Shown: positions 12,884 to 27,337 of the stretch, one piece after another
Layout: every line of letters begins with the position of its first letter
Numbering within the stretch: position 1 is the first letter of the stretch
From: Dictyostelium discoideum
Lineage: Eukaryota
Length of the DNA: 64,000 nucleotides
NCBI GenBank assembly: GCA_000004695.1
Contig: CM000150.2
Span: 3,104,001-3,168,000, forward strand
Reading direction: 5' to 3'
The notes under the pieces: generated by a model
Told to the model about the DNA's origin: nothing
The model's input: the letters and a program-made list of their open reading frames with translations, nothing else
Databases searched by the model: none
Position numbers and translations under genes: made by a program

Positions 12884-15058
12884 ATGGAAAAACAAAATGA
12901 AAATTTATTTTGGTCAGTTTTTAGAAATAAATTTTTAAATAGATTAATTTTTAAAAGTTCAGAATTTAAATTTGGAGTTTATACATACTATGAAATGAAT
13001 AATGTTGGTTGGATGATAAATCATAAACATTTTTCATTACTAAAAGAAAAGATTATCAGAAATGATAGAAATCTAAATTTTTTTAATCACAACAATGATT
13101 TGTGTAGTAAATATCCAATATTTAAATATTTCAAACAAGACACAGAATTATTTTCAAAATTACTCGAAAATTTCAAAGATGAAAAATCACTTTCCCAATT
13201 GACTTTTTCAAATTTTGAACTTTTAGCACTCAAAAATGATAATGTAGCCATGTTATCAGTTATAATTAACCAATTCAAACATTATTCGGAATTAGAAACA
13301 TTCTATAAAGTTATTAATATTGGATCTATAGAAATTGCAACTTATTTATTTAATAATTATTTTCAAGATATTCTATTAAAAGAACAACCAGAATCAATCA
13401 ATACATTATGGAATGAAGCAATTGGATATCAACCAAATATAAAATCAAAATATAATAAAGAGTTTATTTTTACAAATAGTGAAGAAGTTTATAATAAAAA
13501 AGTTGAATTTTATATAACAAATATTTCAAAGGTGATACCACCATTTTCATTGAATTCATATACCAACTCACCTACTCCAATAGAAATCAATCAGTATGGG
13601 AATCCAACACTATTTGGTATATCAATTTATGAACTTAGTTTAAAAAGAATAATTAAATGTTGTAAAACAATATCATTTTTATTATCAGCAAATGAACAAC
13701 CAGAATTTCAATATTCAAAAAATGATATCATTGAAATGGAACAATTAAAACAATATGAAATTCCAGATTTAATATTTACAAATAGTGAACTAAATTCAAA
13801 AATGCAATCATTTAGTTTTAAAAATACAATAGTTCAAAGATTGTATGAAATGGTATTATTATTTTCAGATTCTCCAGGTCTCTATAAACCATCAATTGCA
13901 AATATTGCATTTTATCAAATGAAATACCATGAAGTGTTCAATAATAAAGATTATAACAGAATATTCAACCCTCAAAGTTTTGGTTATTTTATTGGTGTAT
14001 GTAGTAATACACCTGGTCTATTTTTATTAAATAATATATTTGAATATTGTAGAAATGATAGAGATGAAAGAATTATTCCCTACTTTAAAGATGTAATTAA
14101 AGAAATAGTAGGTTCACCAATAGATAAATCATTAAAACCAACTAATAATTTATTGACAATTAAAAGTATATTAATAAGATATGCAATCATTTTAAATGAT
14201 ATAGAAATCATTAAAATGTTATACGACAAGTTATCAATTAGTTCATTAGATTGTATTACTTTAGTTAGAGGTATAGGTTCTGGAATTGAAAATATTAATT
14301 TTGATGTTAAAATATTCGATTTCTTTTTTTATAAATTAACAGAGAGAGAGAGATTAAATATAATCAATATCATTATCCAAAATTATCAACTAATAAACTA
14401 TTTCAAGAATAATTATCCAATCGATTATAAAAAGTCTGTTTTAAATTACAAATTCCCATCAAAAAATAATAATTATTTACCAAGATTTTTGTGTGAGAAT
14501 TATAAAGATTTTGTAAATAAAGAGAATGAAATTAAATCAAGATTTCAAGATTTTATTTTTAGAAGGGTATTTTTTGGTTACAAATTACCAATCGTTTTTA
14601 CTTTCCCAAATAATGAAGGTATTGAAGTTGAACTTAAAATCTGTCCATATAGACTTTATAACTATAAGATGGTGTCATCAGTTGCCCCTCAATTAAATTG
14701 GATCCTACAATATAGAAGTCAAGATATTAAAGATGGAACATTACAAATCACATATGATAAAATATTAATAACTCAATATCTTAGAAATAATATTGAAGAA
14801 ACCATTTTAAATGATAATAATAATTCATATTATCAACAAGAAAGTGTGACTCCTTCAATATTAAACCATTTATTAGAAGAAATCGCCAAAAGAGGTGATA
14901 TTAAAACAATTGAATTCTTAATTGATCAATTTAAAAATAATAAACCATTTTTAGATCATACAATAAATCATTCAAAATCTTTTTCATTGACAAACAACCA
15001 AATTGAAATTTATAATTATTTGGATAACAAAAATTTATTAAATAAATTCATTTATTAA
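12884..15058 (+). CDS. Intact member (724 aa, single exon) of a Dictyostelium-specific multigene family of unknown function (N-terminal MEKQ.ENLFWSVF.NKFLN; conserved KCCKTIS, EQPEFQYSKNDIIEMEQLKQYEIPDLIFT and ILNHLLEEIAKRGDI motifs).
   Basis: Long uninterrupted ORF. It is a paralog of 8632..10887 and of the fragments at 11.3-12.6 kb. I do not recognise any characterised family. Confidence 0.7.
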   Translation: MEKQNENLFWSVFRNKFLNRLIFKSSEFKFGVYTYYEMNNVGWMINHKHFSLLKEKIIRNDRNLNFFNHNNDLCSKYPIFKYFKQDTELFSKLLENFKDEKSLSQLTFSNFELLALKNDNVAMLSVIINQFKHYSELETFYKVINIGSIEIATYLFNNYFQDILLKEQPESINTLWNEAIGYQPNIKSKYNKEFIFTNSEEVYNKKVEFYITNISKVIPPFSLNSYTNSPTPIEINQYGNPTLFGISIYELSLKRIIKCCKTISFLLSANEQPEFQYSKNDIIEMEQLKQYEIPDLIFTNSELNSKMQSFSFKNTIVQRLYEMVLLFSDSPGLYKPSIANIAFYQMKYHEVFNNKDYNRIFNPQSFGYFIGVCSNTPGLFLLNNIFEYCRNDRDERIIPYFKDVIKEIVGSPIDKSLKPTNNLLTIKSILIRYAIILNDIEIIKMLYDKLSISSLDCITLVRGIGSGIENINFDVKIFDFFFYKLTERERLNIINIIIQNYQLINYFKNNYPIDYKKSVLNYKFPSKNNNYLPRFLCENYKDFVNKENEIKSRFQDFIFRRVFFGYKLPIVFTFPNNEGIEVELKICPYRLYNYKMVSSVAPQLNWILQYRSQDIKDGTLQITYDKILITQYLRNNIEETILNDNNNSYYQQESVTPSILNHLLEEIAKRGDIKTIEFLIDQFKNNKPFLDHTINHSKSFSLTNNQIEIYNYLDNKNLLNKFIY

Positions 15059-15126
15059 TTGTAAAAGTAAAAAAGTTTATTCAACTATTTTATTATTTTA
15101 TTTAAGTATTTATAATATTTTTATAT

Positions 15127-18124
15127 TTATTTTTTTTCAGATTGTAGAATACCTCTGATATCAGTATTTATCCAACCTCTTTGTTTTACTTGCGAGGCTT
15201 CATTATCTGACCACATGCAAACTCTACCAGTAATATCACCAGTATAGAATTTTTGTTGATCATTTGTTAAAAATATTGAAGTTATAGCTGTTGAATGTGA
15301 TTGAGAGTTTGAAAAAGTTGCTCTAAGAATAATTACATTTTTGAATTTTAATTTGTTGTTATTTGTTGAAGGAATTTGAGTTGCATTATTATTATTATTG
15401 TTATTATTATTATTATTATTATTTGAATTATTATTATCAGGTAATAATCTTGTTTCTAAACCCCAAACTTTAACTTTACCATCTCTGTGACCTGTTAATA
15501 ATACATTTTCACCTAACCACTCAGGACCTTTTGACCAAATACAACAAGTGATTTGATCATTAGCGATTTGTGAAGTTTTATAGTTGATAAGTAATTCACC
15601 ATTGACGGTATAAACAGATATTGTTGTACCAGAGCAAACTACAATTTCACCAGTTGTATCATGAATACCAATACAAGAGATTGGACCTTCATGAGCATCT
15701 AAACTACGGACATAACAAAGTCTATTTAAATCCCAAATGATACAAGTACGATCATCAGAACCACTTACGATGATAGAATAAGGACGAGAGGCGGATACAC
15801 AAGTGATTGAACCAGTATGACCTGATAGTCTCTTGGCCAAGGAGAATCTCTTGAGATTGTAAACACAGATTAAACTATCACTACCACCACTTACACAAAT
15901 ACGACCATCTTCAGTGGCTGTTAAACAAGTTAATGGACCATCGTGATGATCCTCTAAAACTTTGATCTTATCACCAGTGTTGTAACGAATTGAGCCATCA
16001 GGTAAACCCCATAACATATATTTTGAGTGATTTGGTGGTAAGAGTACCTTATTGAAACCGACACAAGTTGCACGATCATTGATTAAACGAATTTGACCAA
16101 CTGGTTCACCGATATCCTTTATGAAATTACCAGTTAACGCTTTTGCGTAGAATGGTAAACCCATTAAGGTGGCATTACGTTTTGGATGTGGTTTATCAAA
16201 GAGTTGTTTTGGAGTTTGACCAAAGTTATTAATTTGAGCAATGGTTGCAGCCTTTTCAACGGGATCAGAGATTGCATCAATATTTACGGCACCTTCATAA
16301 GTTAGATAATAGAAAACATTCAAAGAGTCATCGGCTGCTTTACCTTGTTGACGATAACCAAAGATTAAATCGATCCATTCATGAAGATGTTCAGAGACAT
16401 AATCGGATTCCAATGCTTTACGATGAAGTTTAATGAATTCCTGTGGCGAACCTTTTGCCCATGGTGGTAAGATAATATCATCGATTGGTTCACCGCCTTG
16501 TTTTGTACCGAAATTGAATTTATTATTATTTACCAAAAATTCATCCAAATAATAGAATTCAGGAATTAACTCCATTACCACACCAGTACTTCCTTGTGAT
16601 GATGATGCCCAAGCCTCAGTGATTGAACTAAACAAACGATCAGGTTGATCCCATCTGCCACCTTGAAGTTTAAGGAAATGTTGAGTGAATGGTTCTAAAC
16701 GAATTAAATAATAAAGTACGATAGCGGCTGAACTATAATGTGTACCATAATGGAATTTTGGTACTTTATGGCCATGTTCATTTGGTTCTTGATCATCCCA
16801 ATTCTCGAAACGTTCTCTAAACTTTTGAGCTCTACTCTCTTCTAAGGCACCCATTGGTTTTGAGAGATCACGATAAACCTTTGGATCATCAATATCCAAT
16901 TCTTCACTTTCATAGTCACTCAATACCCAAGGAAAAACTGGATACTGTGTTAAATCATTATAGGAACGACCTGCCAAAGTGTTCAAATGCATTAGATATT
17001 GGAAATTTGAGATTTGGCCTTGTTGCCATTTCAATGTTAATGGTGATTTTCTCCAAATCGAAGTGAAACGATCTCTAACGCCACGACCTCCTCCACCACC
17101 ATGATGATCATCATTGTCGTCATTACCAGTTTGACCACCAGTAATACCTTGTGCATCACCACCAATTGTATTATGAGAGGATACATTATTGACCAAGGTA
17201 TGATAAACTTCATCACGGGTTGGTTCATCACGATAGACTACAAGATTGTTTCTACCATCGGTTGAAAAGATTTCCAATGCAACTTGTCTTAAAAGGTATC
17301 TTCTCTTTAAGACATCACGGATATCTTCATAAGCCCATTTCAAAAAGTAATGAATGATCTTCTTTTTCATTGGTAAAACAGTGCCCTCTGGTAGCCATTC
17401 AGAGTTTATCTTTTCTTCAACTTCACTAATATCACCAGTGTTTTCATCCTTATAATAACCATCGAAAATATACATATAAACTGGACAGAAAATTAAAATA
17501 CCTTCAATCTTATCCATACCATCAACACTACCACAATTGTACATAATACCATTTAAACGTGGATCTTTTCTCATTGCATCCTTTAAATAACTTTGATCAT
17601 ATGGATCTAATAATCTAATGAATGCTTGAGTTTCATCTTCACTTGTTGTTTGATTATTTGTTGATGTTTCTTCATCAACTTCATTTGTATTACCTGTTGT
17701 TGTTGTTGCTACTGATGATTGAGTAGTTGGTGTTGAAGTTGTTGTTGTTGTTGTTGTTTGAGTTGATGGTGGAGGTGGTGATAATGTTGTACTAGCACTA
17801 GTTAAAGAAGAATTTTCTTCAGAAATTGTAGATGAATTATCATTAAACAATTCAGAAGATGATGGATTACGTGATAATTGACCCTCGACTGTTGATGATT
17901 GTAATTTTGGTGATTTAAATACATCTTCACTTGATGATTGTACTGGTGAAGTTGGTGGTGTTATTTCATTTGATGATAGTTCTGGACTACTAACTTTAAT
18001 TTGAGATGATGATTGTTGTGGAGTTGTAGTTGTTGTAGTATTAGATGATGATGATGATGTTGATTGATTCATATTATTAGCATTATTATTATTATTTGCA
18101 TTTTGTGAAGTTGATTTTGTAATT

Positions 18125-18183
<59 letters not shown>

Positions 18184-21100
18184 TGTAATTGAAGAAGTAT
18201 TAGTTGAAGAAGTAATAACTTGATTAGTTGATAATAAATCAAATTTCCAATATGAAGATTCCAATAGATTAGCTTCTTCAGTACCAACGATATTCATATA
18301 AGTTTCAGAATCTGCAGAACATGGAATTGGTAATAAAGAGTTATTTTGTTCATCAAAAGAAGGTGGAACATAAGGATAATTCTTATAGAAATTATAGTTC
18401 TTTTCCATTTTCTTTCTCATACGATATGGACCTTCAGTTGAATCCAATTTCCATTTATCAAGAGGATGAGGTTCAGAAGGACCCCAAACAGCACGTTCTC
18501 TTGTGATTTGAGCTCTCATATTTTCCCATTGAATTGCATTGAATTTTTGTTTATCACTTTCCAATTGTTTAATTTTCTTACGACGATCACTTTCACTACG
18601 AACGAAATATTGAGCTTTCTTGGTGATATGTTTAGATTTCTCTTCTTGATGAGATTGATCCTTACGATCTTGACGTTGTTTCTTTGAGAGTCTTTCAGTT
18701 CTACGTGATTTCAAAGATGGTAATGTATGTTCTGAAGAATGTTTCTTTTCATTATTTTTAAAGGATAAATGTTGTTTCTTTGGATTCTCTTCAAATACTT
18801 GAGTTATGGTTTGAATATTATCATTAATCCAAAGTTTAAATTCATCATTATTGAAAGCACCATTACCCGAAGTATTACGTAATAATTCAAAGCCTGGTTT
18901 CAAATCAATGATTTCACTTTGACGTTGATTTGAACCACTTGAAACTTTTAATTGTAGTACCGTGGCAAGCGACTCAATATATGATGAAGTTTTCAATGAT
19001 AGTAATAGCCTCCAAAGTTTAATTGAATTATCTACATGTTCATGCTGATCGCTAATTACCAACTTGTACAATGGATAACAAAAAGCATTCATAAAATCTG
19101 AATCCAAATTATTCTCTGAAAAGATAATTCTTTGATGATTTATAATATGATTTGCAACAAAAGATAAATCAGTATCAGTGGTATGATTGATTAAATATAG
19201 AATGATACGATTTAAACTCTTGTATAGAGATTGAACTGTTTTTTGAAGACCAACTCTATCGGCCTCCAATTTCTCTAAAATCTTTACAATGAATAAAAAG
19301 ATTCTCTTTGCAATGATGATTTTATTATTCTTTACCAATTGATCCAAGTTTACTCTATCGACCAACATTGAAGATAACTTTATGAGATTGGAATGAACAC
19401 GTTCATTATCAAAGAACTCGGTCTTGGTGATATTGGTTTCAACGACATACATTAAATCAAGTAAAATTCTTGAATGATATAAAATAAACTCTTCATCTGT
19501 TGCTGTTGTTGGTGCACCCTCTAATACCATCTCAATGATACTAATTGCCTTTGAAGTTTTTCTCATTGCTGATAACATAATTTGACAAAGGAATTTAACT
19601 ACTAAATCCAATACTCTATCTTTGATACCATTGGTTTGACCTGTACTATTATAAAGTGGTGGTAAATTAATTTTACCATTTGGGAATAGAATTGAAATTA
19701 ACTCTTCAACCATTGGTTGACTATAACATTCTTGTTGGAAATATTGATTCTCATGAAAGAGATAAATGAAATAAGTTAACATTGTATATTGTAAATTTGA
19801 CGATTCTTCTGGTGTTGCAAATTGTGATATCTTTAATTCTGGTAACATTTCATCATATAAATTAAAATTAATTGGTTGATTATCACCAACACTAACACCA
19901 CCACCACCACCACCACCACCACCACCCAAAGCACCATTCAATTTTGAGTCATCATCCATACCAGTAACTCTGTTATGTAAACTTGAACCATTTGGTGTAT
20001 TTGTAACACTATCATCACCACCAGTACCTAAATTTTTAGATTGGAATGGACTTGATTGAATACTCATTCTATTCTTTTTCTTTAAAGCTGCTTGTTGAGC
20101 ATCAGTTGCACCTGTACTATTTTCATCGATTGCACCTGTTGTAACTGCAAATTCTAAAGTTTTCTCTTCAAATTTATTCCATAAATTACCAAATTTAGTT
20201 ATAGTTGAAGCTAATCCACTAGTTGGTGTATTATTATTATTATTACTATTACTACTATTAACTAATGTTGATGATGAAGATGATGATGATATATTTGATG
20301 AAATTGAAGAAGATGAAACTGATCTTGAAATTGTTTGAAAAGTTGATAATGGTGAATTACTATTGTCATTATTATTAATACTATTATTTATATTTACATT
20401 TGAAATTAATGAAGATAATAATTCATCATTGTCTAAACCTTGATTTGCATTTTGAAGTTCTTGTTGTTTTTGTTCTAAATATTGATAATTATCTTCATAA
20501 GATCTTTTAATTAGGGAAAGTATTAATTGAGCAGCTTCGATACAATATAAACTCTTTTCAAAAGGAGTAAAAATTCTTAAGAGTTCATGGAATACAATGG
20601 TTGTACCACCAGCACCACCAGAACTACTTGATAAATCTAAATCTACCAATAATTTTGGATCGCCACCCAAAAGTAAATGTAATAAACATAGATAGATCTC
20701 TTGATGACCTGATAAAGATGGTAATACCTTTTCCAATAGTTTGAAACCACTCTTTTTGATAAAGGTTGAACAATAGTCGTATTTATATAAAAAGAAGATA
20801 CAAGTCACACGTAAAGCCAATGAAACTGTCAATGGTGGTAAATTTTCATCAATGAAAAAGAAACACCAATACGATGATACTCTTCTAAAGATTGCTGCAG
20901 TCTCTTGAGTTTGACAATTTGAAACAACCTTTAAGAATGTATAAAATACATGATTAACCAATTGAATGGTTGCAGTATTTGATAATTCCATAGTTGCTAA
21001 TTTACTACGATGAATTGATTTTCTTCTAGAGGATGTCGATGAAGTAGAGGATGATGACGATGATGATGATGGGGTTGGTATATCTTTATGAAGATGTGAA

Positions 21101-22603
21101 ATTAAGAAAGCAGATATTTGTCTAATATCATCTTCAATTAAACCACCATAGGATAGTATATTATAAAGTACATTGATTACCGAGGAAGCAACCGATTCAG
21201 GTAATGGCTCTTCATTTGTTGAAGATGAAAGTATATCGAAAATCTCTTGAATTACATTAACCTTTCTAAGACTATCAATATTGAAACGACGTTGAATATT
21301 ATTTACGATTAAACTATTGTAACCATTAATAACATGACGTTGTAATGCGGGTGTTGTTAATCTCCAAATATCCCAATTCATCATAATATACTTACAAGCA
21401 TTCCAATTGGCAACCGTACCCTCTTGTGGTGCTCTAGAGGTGATTGTTGTTGAACAATTACCATTGATACCAATTAAATCAAATAATAACTCTAAAATAT
21501 TACTATTGAAAAGACCAAGTGATGCTTTCTTTTTCAAGACCCAAGCCAAAAGTTCATAACCATTAATTTGTGACATTTCATGAGTATTGGTTGGATGATA
21601 TTGAATTAAACCAACTAATAAACCTAATGAATCGAATAAAGTCTCTTCAGAATTTGCCTTCTCTAATAATAACAAAGAAATTGGCATACCACCAATCTTT
21701 TTAATACTATCTGCAACTTTATTTCTTCTAAATGCTTCAACACTTCCAATTAATACACCTCTTAATTTTGTAGTTAAATCCGCTTGATTTATAATTTCAA
21801 CTCTACCTTCTAAATCTTTCTTTGAGTTTGAACCACCACTATTATTGTTATTATTATTATTATTTTGTAAACCTGTTAAATTTGGACTTGTACCATTTGG
21901 ACTTGAAAAAACATTTAAAGCAACACCATGATTTTGTGAAAGCTCATTAATTATACCATTGAATATTTCATTGTATACAACTTTACTACTATTATTTGTA
22001 CGAATTAATTTATTTGATGCACATAAACCAACGAGGATCTTATTCTCATCGATTTGCATTGAAACCTTTGCTAAATTCAAAGGACCCAATTGATCACCAT
22101 AATCTAAATCTTTGATTGCCATTAAATTTGCTGAATTTACAATTTCATAAGTTTGATAAGGTGAGAAACGACCCTTGAAATTACTTGCATAGTTTGGACC
22201 TAAAAAGTAAATAGTATTGATATGTTTTGCACCCAAAGAATCCTCCAATAAATAAAATGTACCAATTCTCCAAATTGAATCGGTTGGGAATCTATTTTGA
22301 TTTGAAACACCAATATCACAAATTAACATTGAACCAGAAGTGATTTGAGCAGGATATTGTGCTTTCGTAGCTGTATATTTTAAGAAACCATCAACAAACA
22401 ATTTAAAATCTGTACCACCTAATAATCTTCTTGCATGAACTATACCAATATGATACCATTTACCTTCAACAAACTTGTAAGATGGTATTTCAATTACATA
22501 CTTTGAACTATTAATTATATTAACCGTTATAATACCATTTTTTAAATAAATATAAAGTGATGATTTTTTATCATCTGAATAAATATGTACTAAATCAATT
22601 TGA

Positions 22604-22640
<37 letters not shown>

Positions 22641-24034
22641 TATTACTATTATTACTATTATTACTACTATTATTATTATTATTATTATTATTTACAGTTG
22701 GAAATTTATCAATATATAACCAAAACATAATTGTATAACCATTTGTTGGTGGCCAAGCTCTTTCAGTTATTGGTACACGAATATAACCAAATGGTATTTT
22801 TGATAAATTAAATTCGAAATAGGGTGGAGTTGGTGGTGATTTTGCCATTGATGATAAAATTTTTAAGAGTACTTCTGGTGAATGTTCAGGTTGTAATAAT
22901 TTTACAAATTGACGTAACTCTGAACCTGATAAACAATTTGCACCAACAGTTTGAATTAATGACAATAACAATGGTTGTAATGGGTCATTAGCATTTGATA
23001 AATTTGAAGGGAATCTACTCAAGATCCAATCTGGAATTGATAATTTCGATAGGGCCTCTTGATTATATCTACCGTATTCAGCCATTTTATTAATTCTACT
23101 TATGATTTGTAATCTGAAATCTTTATTCTCAATATGTGGTATAATGTCAAGTATCACATTAAAAGACTCGACATTATTAATGATCATTTGATTTGAGATT
23201 TGATCGGATGCATTTAAATTCTCTGTAACCATATCGAATATGAAATCAACAACTGATTTTGAAAACTCTGTACCCAATACACCAGTCATAATCAAACAAG
23301 ACGAAAATGTTTTGTAACCAATTTGTTGCTCGAAATTCTCTCTATTAATGACATTACCACAAAGTGCACTCGTTGTACATCTACAAATCGATTCAATCAA
23401 TTCCAATTTCTCCATATCCCAATTTCTTGAATCTTTTCGGTTTGGAGAGAATGATGACTCTAAACTAATGAAAACACTAATAATCGATACGAATCCACCA
23501 TGTTCTCTAAATGAATCTCTTGCATGCTTTGATATATTAAATAGTTTTCTAGTTGCATTCAATATATCACTCTTCATTGGATAATTCTCTTTGTTTACAC
23601 TTGTCAATACTTTAATTAATCCATCAAACTCTTTTTGTGTTGGTTCTGGGTCATACTTTATTAATTGTTGTAAAATTCTTAATGATTTACCTCTAACACT
23701 TGAATATGGTAAAAATCTTAATAATATATTAAATATTGAACTAAAAGTAATAAAAATAAATATATTAATATCTATCTATAAAATTTAATATGATTGATTA
23801 TTTAAAAAAAAAAAAAACTTACAAACTTCTAATTAATGAAATATTATCAGGATTTTCAGAAATTAAAATGAATAAACTATCTAATAAAATTTGAAATGAT
23901 TCAACTTTAATAATTGAATTTAAGGCTTGATCATTAGAATCGGCTTCTTTTTCACCATTGCCTGTCATACATGGTACAATTGGTCCATTACTACCACTAC
24001 CATTTTCTTCATTATTATTATCGTTATTATTATT

Positions 24035-24106
<72 letters not shown>

Positions 24107-25922
24107 TTCATCATCATCATCTATTTTTTTACTATTATTTAATCTTATTATATCTTGAGCAATAACATCAATTACTTTTACTAAAATATCCAATAAACCA
24201 GTCTCTCTAAAAATATGCTTATATCTAAATTCAAAATTAACTAATGTAGTTATCAATTGATTTATCATTTCTAATGTATAAAAAGATGGATTCTCTCCAA
24301 CTAATAAACTAAATGTACTTAATTCTTGAAATGGTACACAATTTAAAACTGTAACTACAAAACAAACAATTTTCATAACATGATACTATTAATTTATTTA
24401 AAAAAAAATAAAAATAAAAATAAAAAAAAAATAAAAAATAAAAAAAAAATTAAATAATTAATTAATAAACAAAAATATATAAAGAATAATGATTAAATAT
24501 AAAAAAATATACCTTTAAACCATTACTTAATGATTCATATTCTTGAATAAATTTAGTTAATGTACTTGTATGTTGAAGTAAAATGAAATTTACTGTATTT
24601 GAAGAATAAACTGATAAAATTCTATCTAAAATTTTAACTCTATTCTCTTCATAATTTGATTTTAAAAAGTATCTTTCTAAAACTTTAAATGCATTACCAT
24701 TCTTTGAAATATAATTTTGATCTAATAATAAAAATTATAAAATTATTAATAATTTTTTTTTTTTTTTTTTTTTTAAATTTTCAAAAAAAAAAAAAAAAGA
24801 CTTACTTGAAATTTCTTTTATATTATTAATTGAAGTTTGATATGGTACTGAAGAATTTTCAACTGGTAAACTAACATTACCATAACCAATATAAACTAAA
24901 GAACAAATTGAATCTAATAATTGTTCGAATAAAGCTGGTTTATCTTTTGAAGATTCTAAACGAAATAAAGAATCCACTAAAAATGTATAACCATCATTAC
25001 GTTGAAATTCATCCAATAGAATAGTTGATTTCTTTGAGGATTCACTCAAGATCTTTATGATGATTCTACAAAGTGTTACATAGGATTCTGGTGTAAACAT
25101 ATAGTAGTTTGTAAGATCCTTTATAATGTTTGCAATGACACGTTTCGAGTTTATATATGTGATGGTAGGTGGATACAAATCGGTCAATTCTAAACCGAAT
25201 GAGCCAATCTTTGCACGCAATGGTCTATGAGAGGGCGGGCATTCGTTGGACATTAAAGCAAACAATGTCGAGAGAGTATCTGTTTTTTGTAGTTCCTCAA
25301 TGGCCGATTTCTGTTTAGAGAGGAAACAAAGTGTACGAATCAATTTCTCTTCAATGATCCCTTTAGTTGTCTCCATCATTGTTGTATAGGGTACCAAAAA
25401 GAAGTACTGTAAACAACGCACCAACATCGAGGGTATGGAGGCCTCTGCCATGGCTTCGGCGCATGATGTATTCGATTCCGATAGAATCTCAATGGAATAT
25501 AGTAATTCGAAACCTGATACTTGTCCACTTGTGGTTGAAAAGAATTTATAAATCTCTTTGGCTATCGTCTCTTTAATGAGTTGTGGTGGTTGTGGTGGTT
25601 GTTGAGGTGAGTTGGCTTGTTTCATTATCTCATTGATATCTTTAACTAATCTACGTGAAATTGCAAATGAAAATGATTTAGAATTATTTCCAAAGATATC
25701 TACCATTGGACTCTTTGTATCAATTTTCTTATCTTCGTATAAACCAATGAAATAGGGTAAAAGTTTATTCAATCTCATAACTTTATCCTTATCTGATTTA
25801 CTTGATAAAAATTCTTGCCATAATAATTTTAATTTTTGTGCTGTTGCTTGTGATCTAATAACTTCAACTTCACTCCCTATCATTATTGTCCAAACATTTA
25901 TATTTGATTCAATAATATTACT

Positions 25923-25953
<31 letters not shown>

Positions 25954-26108
25954 TTATTATTATTATTACTGTTGATGCTGCTAGATTCCTCCGTTGCACT
26001 ACTATATTTTCTAACTGGTGATGAGAATGAACTTGTAGAATTTGAAGATGTTGTCGATCCAATTGGGGATGATACTGATCTTGGTGAAAGTGGTTGTTGT
26101 GGTTGTGG

Positions 26109-26187
<79 letters not shown>

Positions 26188-26279
26188 GGTGGTTGGTGAG
26201 GTGGATGACCTGGTGAATGTGGTACTTGAGGGGTTGGATCCTCTGAGGTACCTATTAAGTCTTTGAACCTCCTGAACAT
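15127..26279 (-). CDS. lvsA: BEACH-domain protein of the neurobeachin class, consistent with LvsA. Four exons: 24806..26279, 24513..24721, 23823..24385, 15127..23740. Together they total 10860 nt, giving 3619 aa plus stop. Domains: N-terminal armadillo-like region with a poly-Q tract, ConA-like lectin domain, PH-BEACH domain (RDLSKPMGAL...YGTHYSS...WIDLIFGYRQQGKAA), and C-terminal WD40 repeats.
   Basis: ORFs 24735..26279, 23819..24376 and 15127..23607 lie on the minus strand. They are linked by introns with GTAAGT donors (24800-24805, 23817-23822), a GTATAT donor (24507-24512) and poly-T/AG acceptors; phases 1, 0 and 2 all close correctly. A 70-codon exon (24513..24721, ...RVKILDRILSVYSSNTVNFILLQHTSTL...) is not in the ORF track. 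The reconstructed length equals the length I recall for Dictyostelium LvsA (3619 aa). The adjacent dihydropyrimidinase supports the locus. Confidence 0.8.
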
Positions 26280-26984
26280 ATTTTTCTGTTCAATTTATCT
26301 TTTATTTTTTTATTTTTTTATTTATTTTTTTATTTATTTATTTATTTATTTTTTTATATGAATTTTTAATTTAAATATATTTATATATTAGTGTGCGCTA
26401 TTAAAGAGAAAAAAAAAAAAAAAAAAAAAATTTTATTATTTATTTGAATATTGAGTGTATGTTTGAATATTGAATGTGGGTGTTGAATATATATATATAT
26501 ATATATTTTTTTTTTTTTGTTTTTTTTTTTTTATATAATTTAATTAAAATATTTATTTATTTATTTTTTTTTTTATTTTTTAATTATTATTTTTTTTATA
26601 AATTATAATGACTATTGTAAAGTTTAATAAATATAAATATATAAGGAATGTGATTTTATGAACGAACGAATGAATAAATAAATAAATACAATTGATATGA
26701 CACACAATGATAATACACAAAAAAAAAAAAAAAAAAAAATTAAAAAAAAAAAAAAATTTTAATTTTTTATTAATTTTTTTTTTCACATTTTGAAAAAATC
26801 GAACCAAATAAAAAAAAAAATTAAAAAAATTAAAAAAATGTACCTGGTTTGATTACTTTTTTTTGCGAAGAAAAAAACTACAAATGCCTTCACCCCAAAC
26901 ATTTTTGTAGCTTATTCCATAGACAACAATAATAAAAATAAAAAAAAAAAAAAAAAAAAAAAAATAAAAAATAATAAAAAAAAA

Positions 26985-27010
26985 AATAATAATAATAATA
27001 ATAATAATAA

Positions 27011-27100
<90 letters not shown>
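26985..27100. repeat. (AAT)n microsatellite of about 110 bp. Together with a poly(T) run of about 55 nt at 27285-27340, it lies in the 1.27-kb divergent intergenic region between lvsA and the gene at 27550.
   Basis: Seen directly in the sequence. Confidence 0.9.
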
Positions 27101-27274
27101 TTGAATAGATATGAATGCCGCTCTCAGAGTTATACCTTTGTGTTTTATATATATATATCTCTCCCCTTTAATTTTTATTGATTAAATTTAAAACACATCA
27201 ATAAAGTTTCTCAATCAATCTCATGGCAATTGATTTTACAAATTAATTTTGTTGGTTTTACAACTTTTCTTTTT

Positions 27275-27337
<63 letters not shown>

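Noticed and set aside
23927-24165. Plus-strand ORFs within lvsA exon 3 (poly-I, poly-L, poly-Y)
   Set aside because: They are antisense readings of the (AAT)n-encoded poly-Asn tract of lvsA.
25972-26266. Plus-strand poly-Cys and poly-Val ORFs
   Set aside because: They are antisense readings of the (CAA)n-encoded poly-Gln tract in lvsA exon 1.
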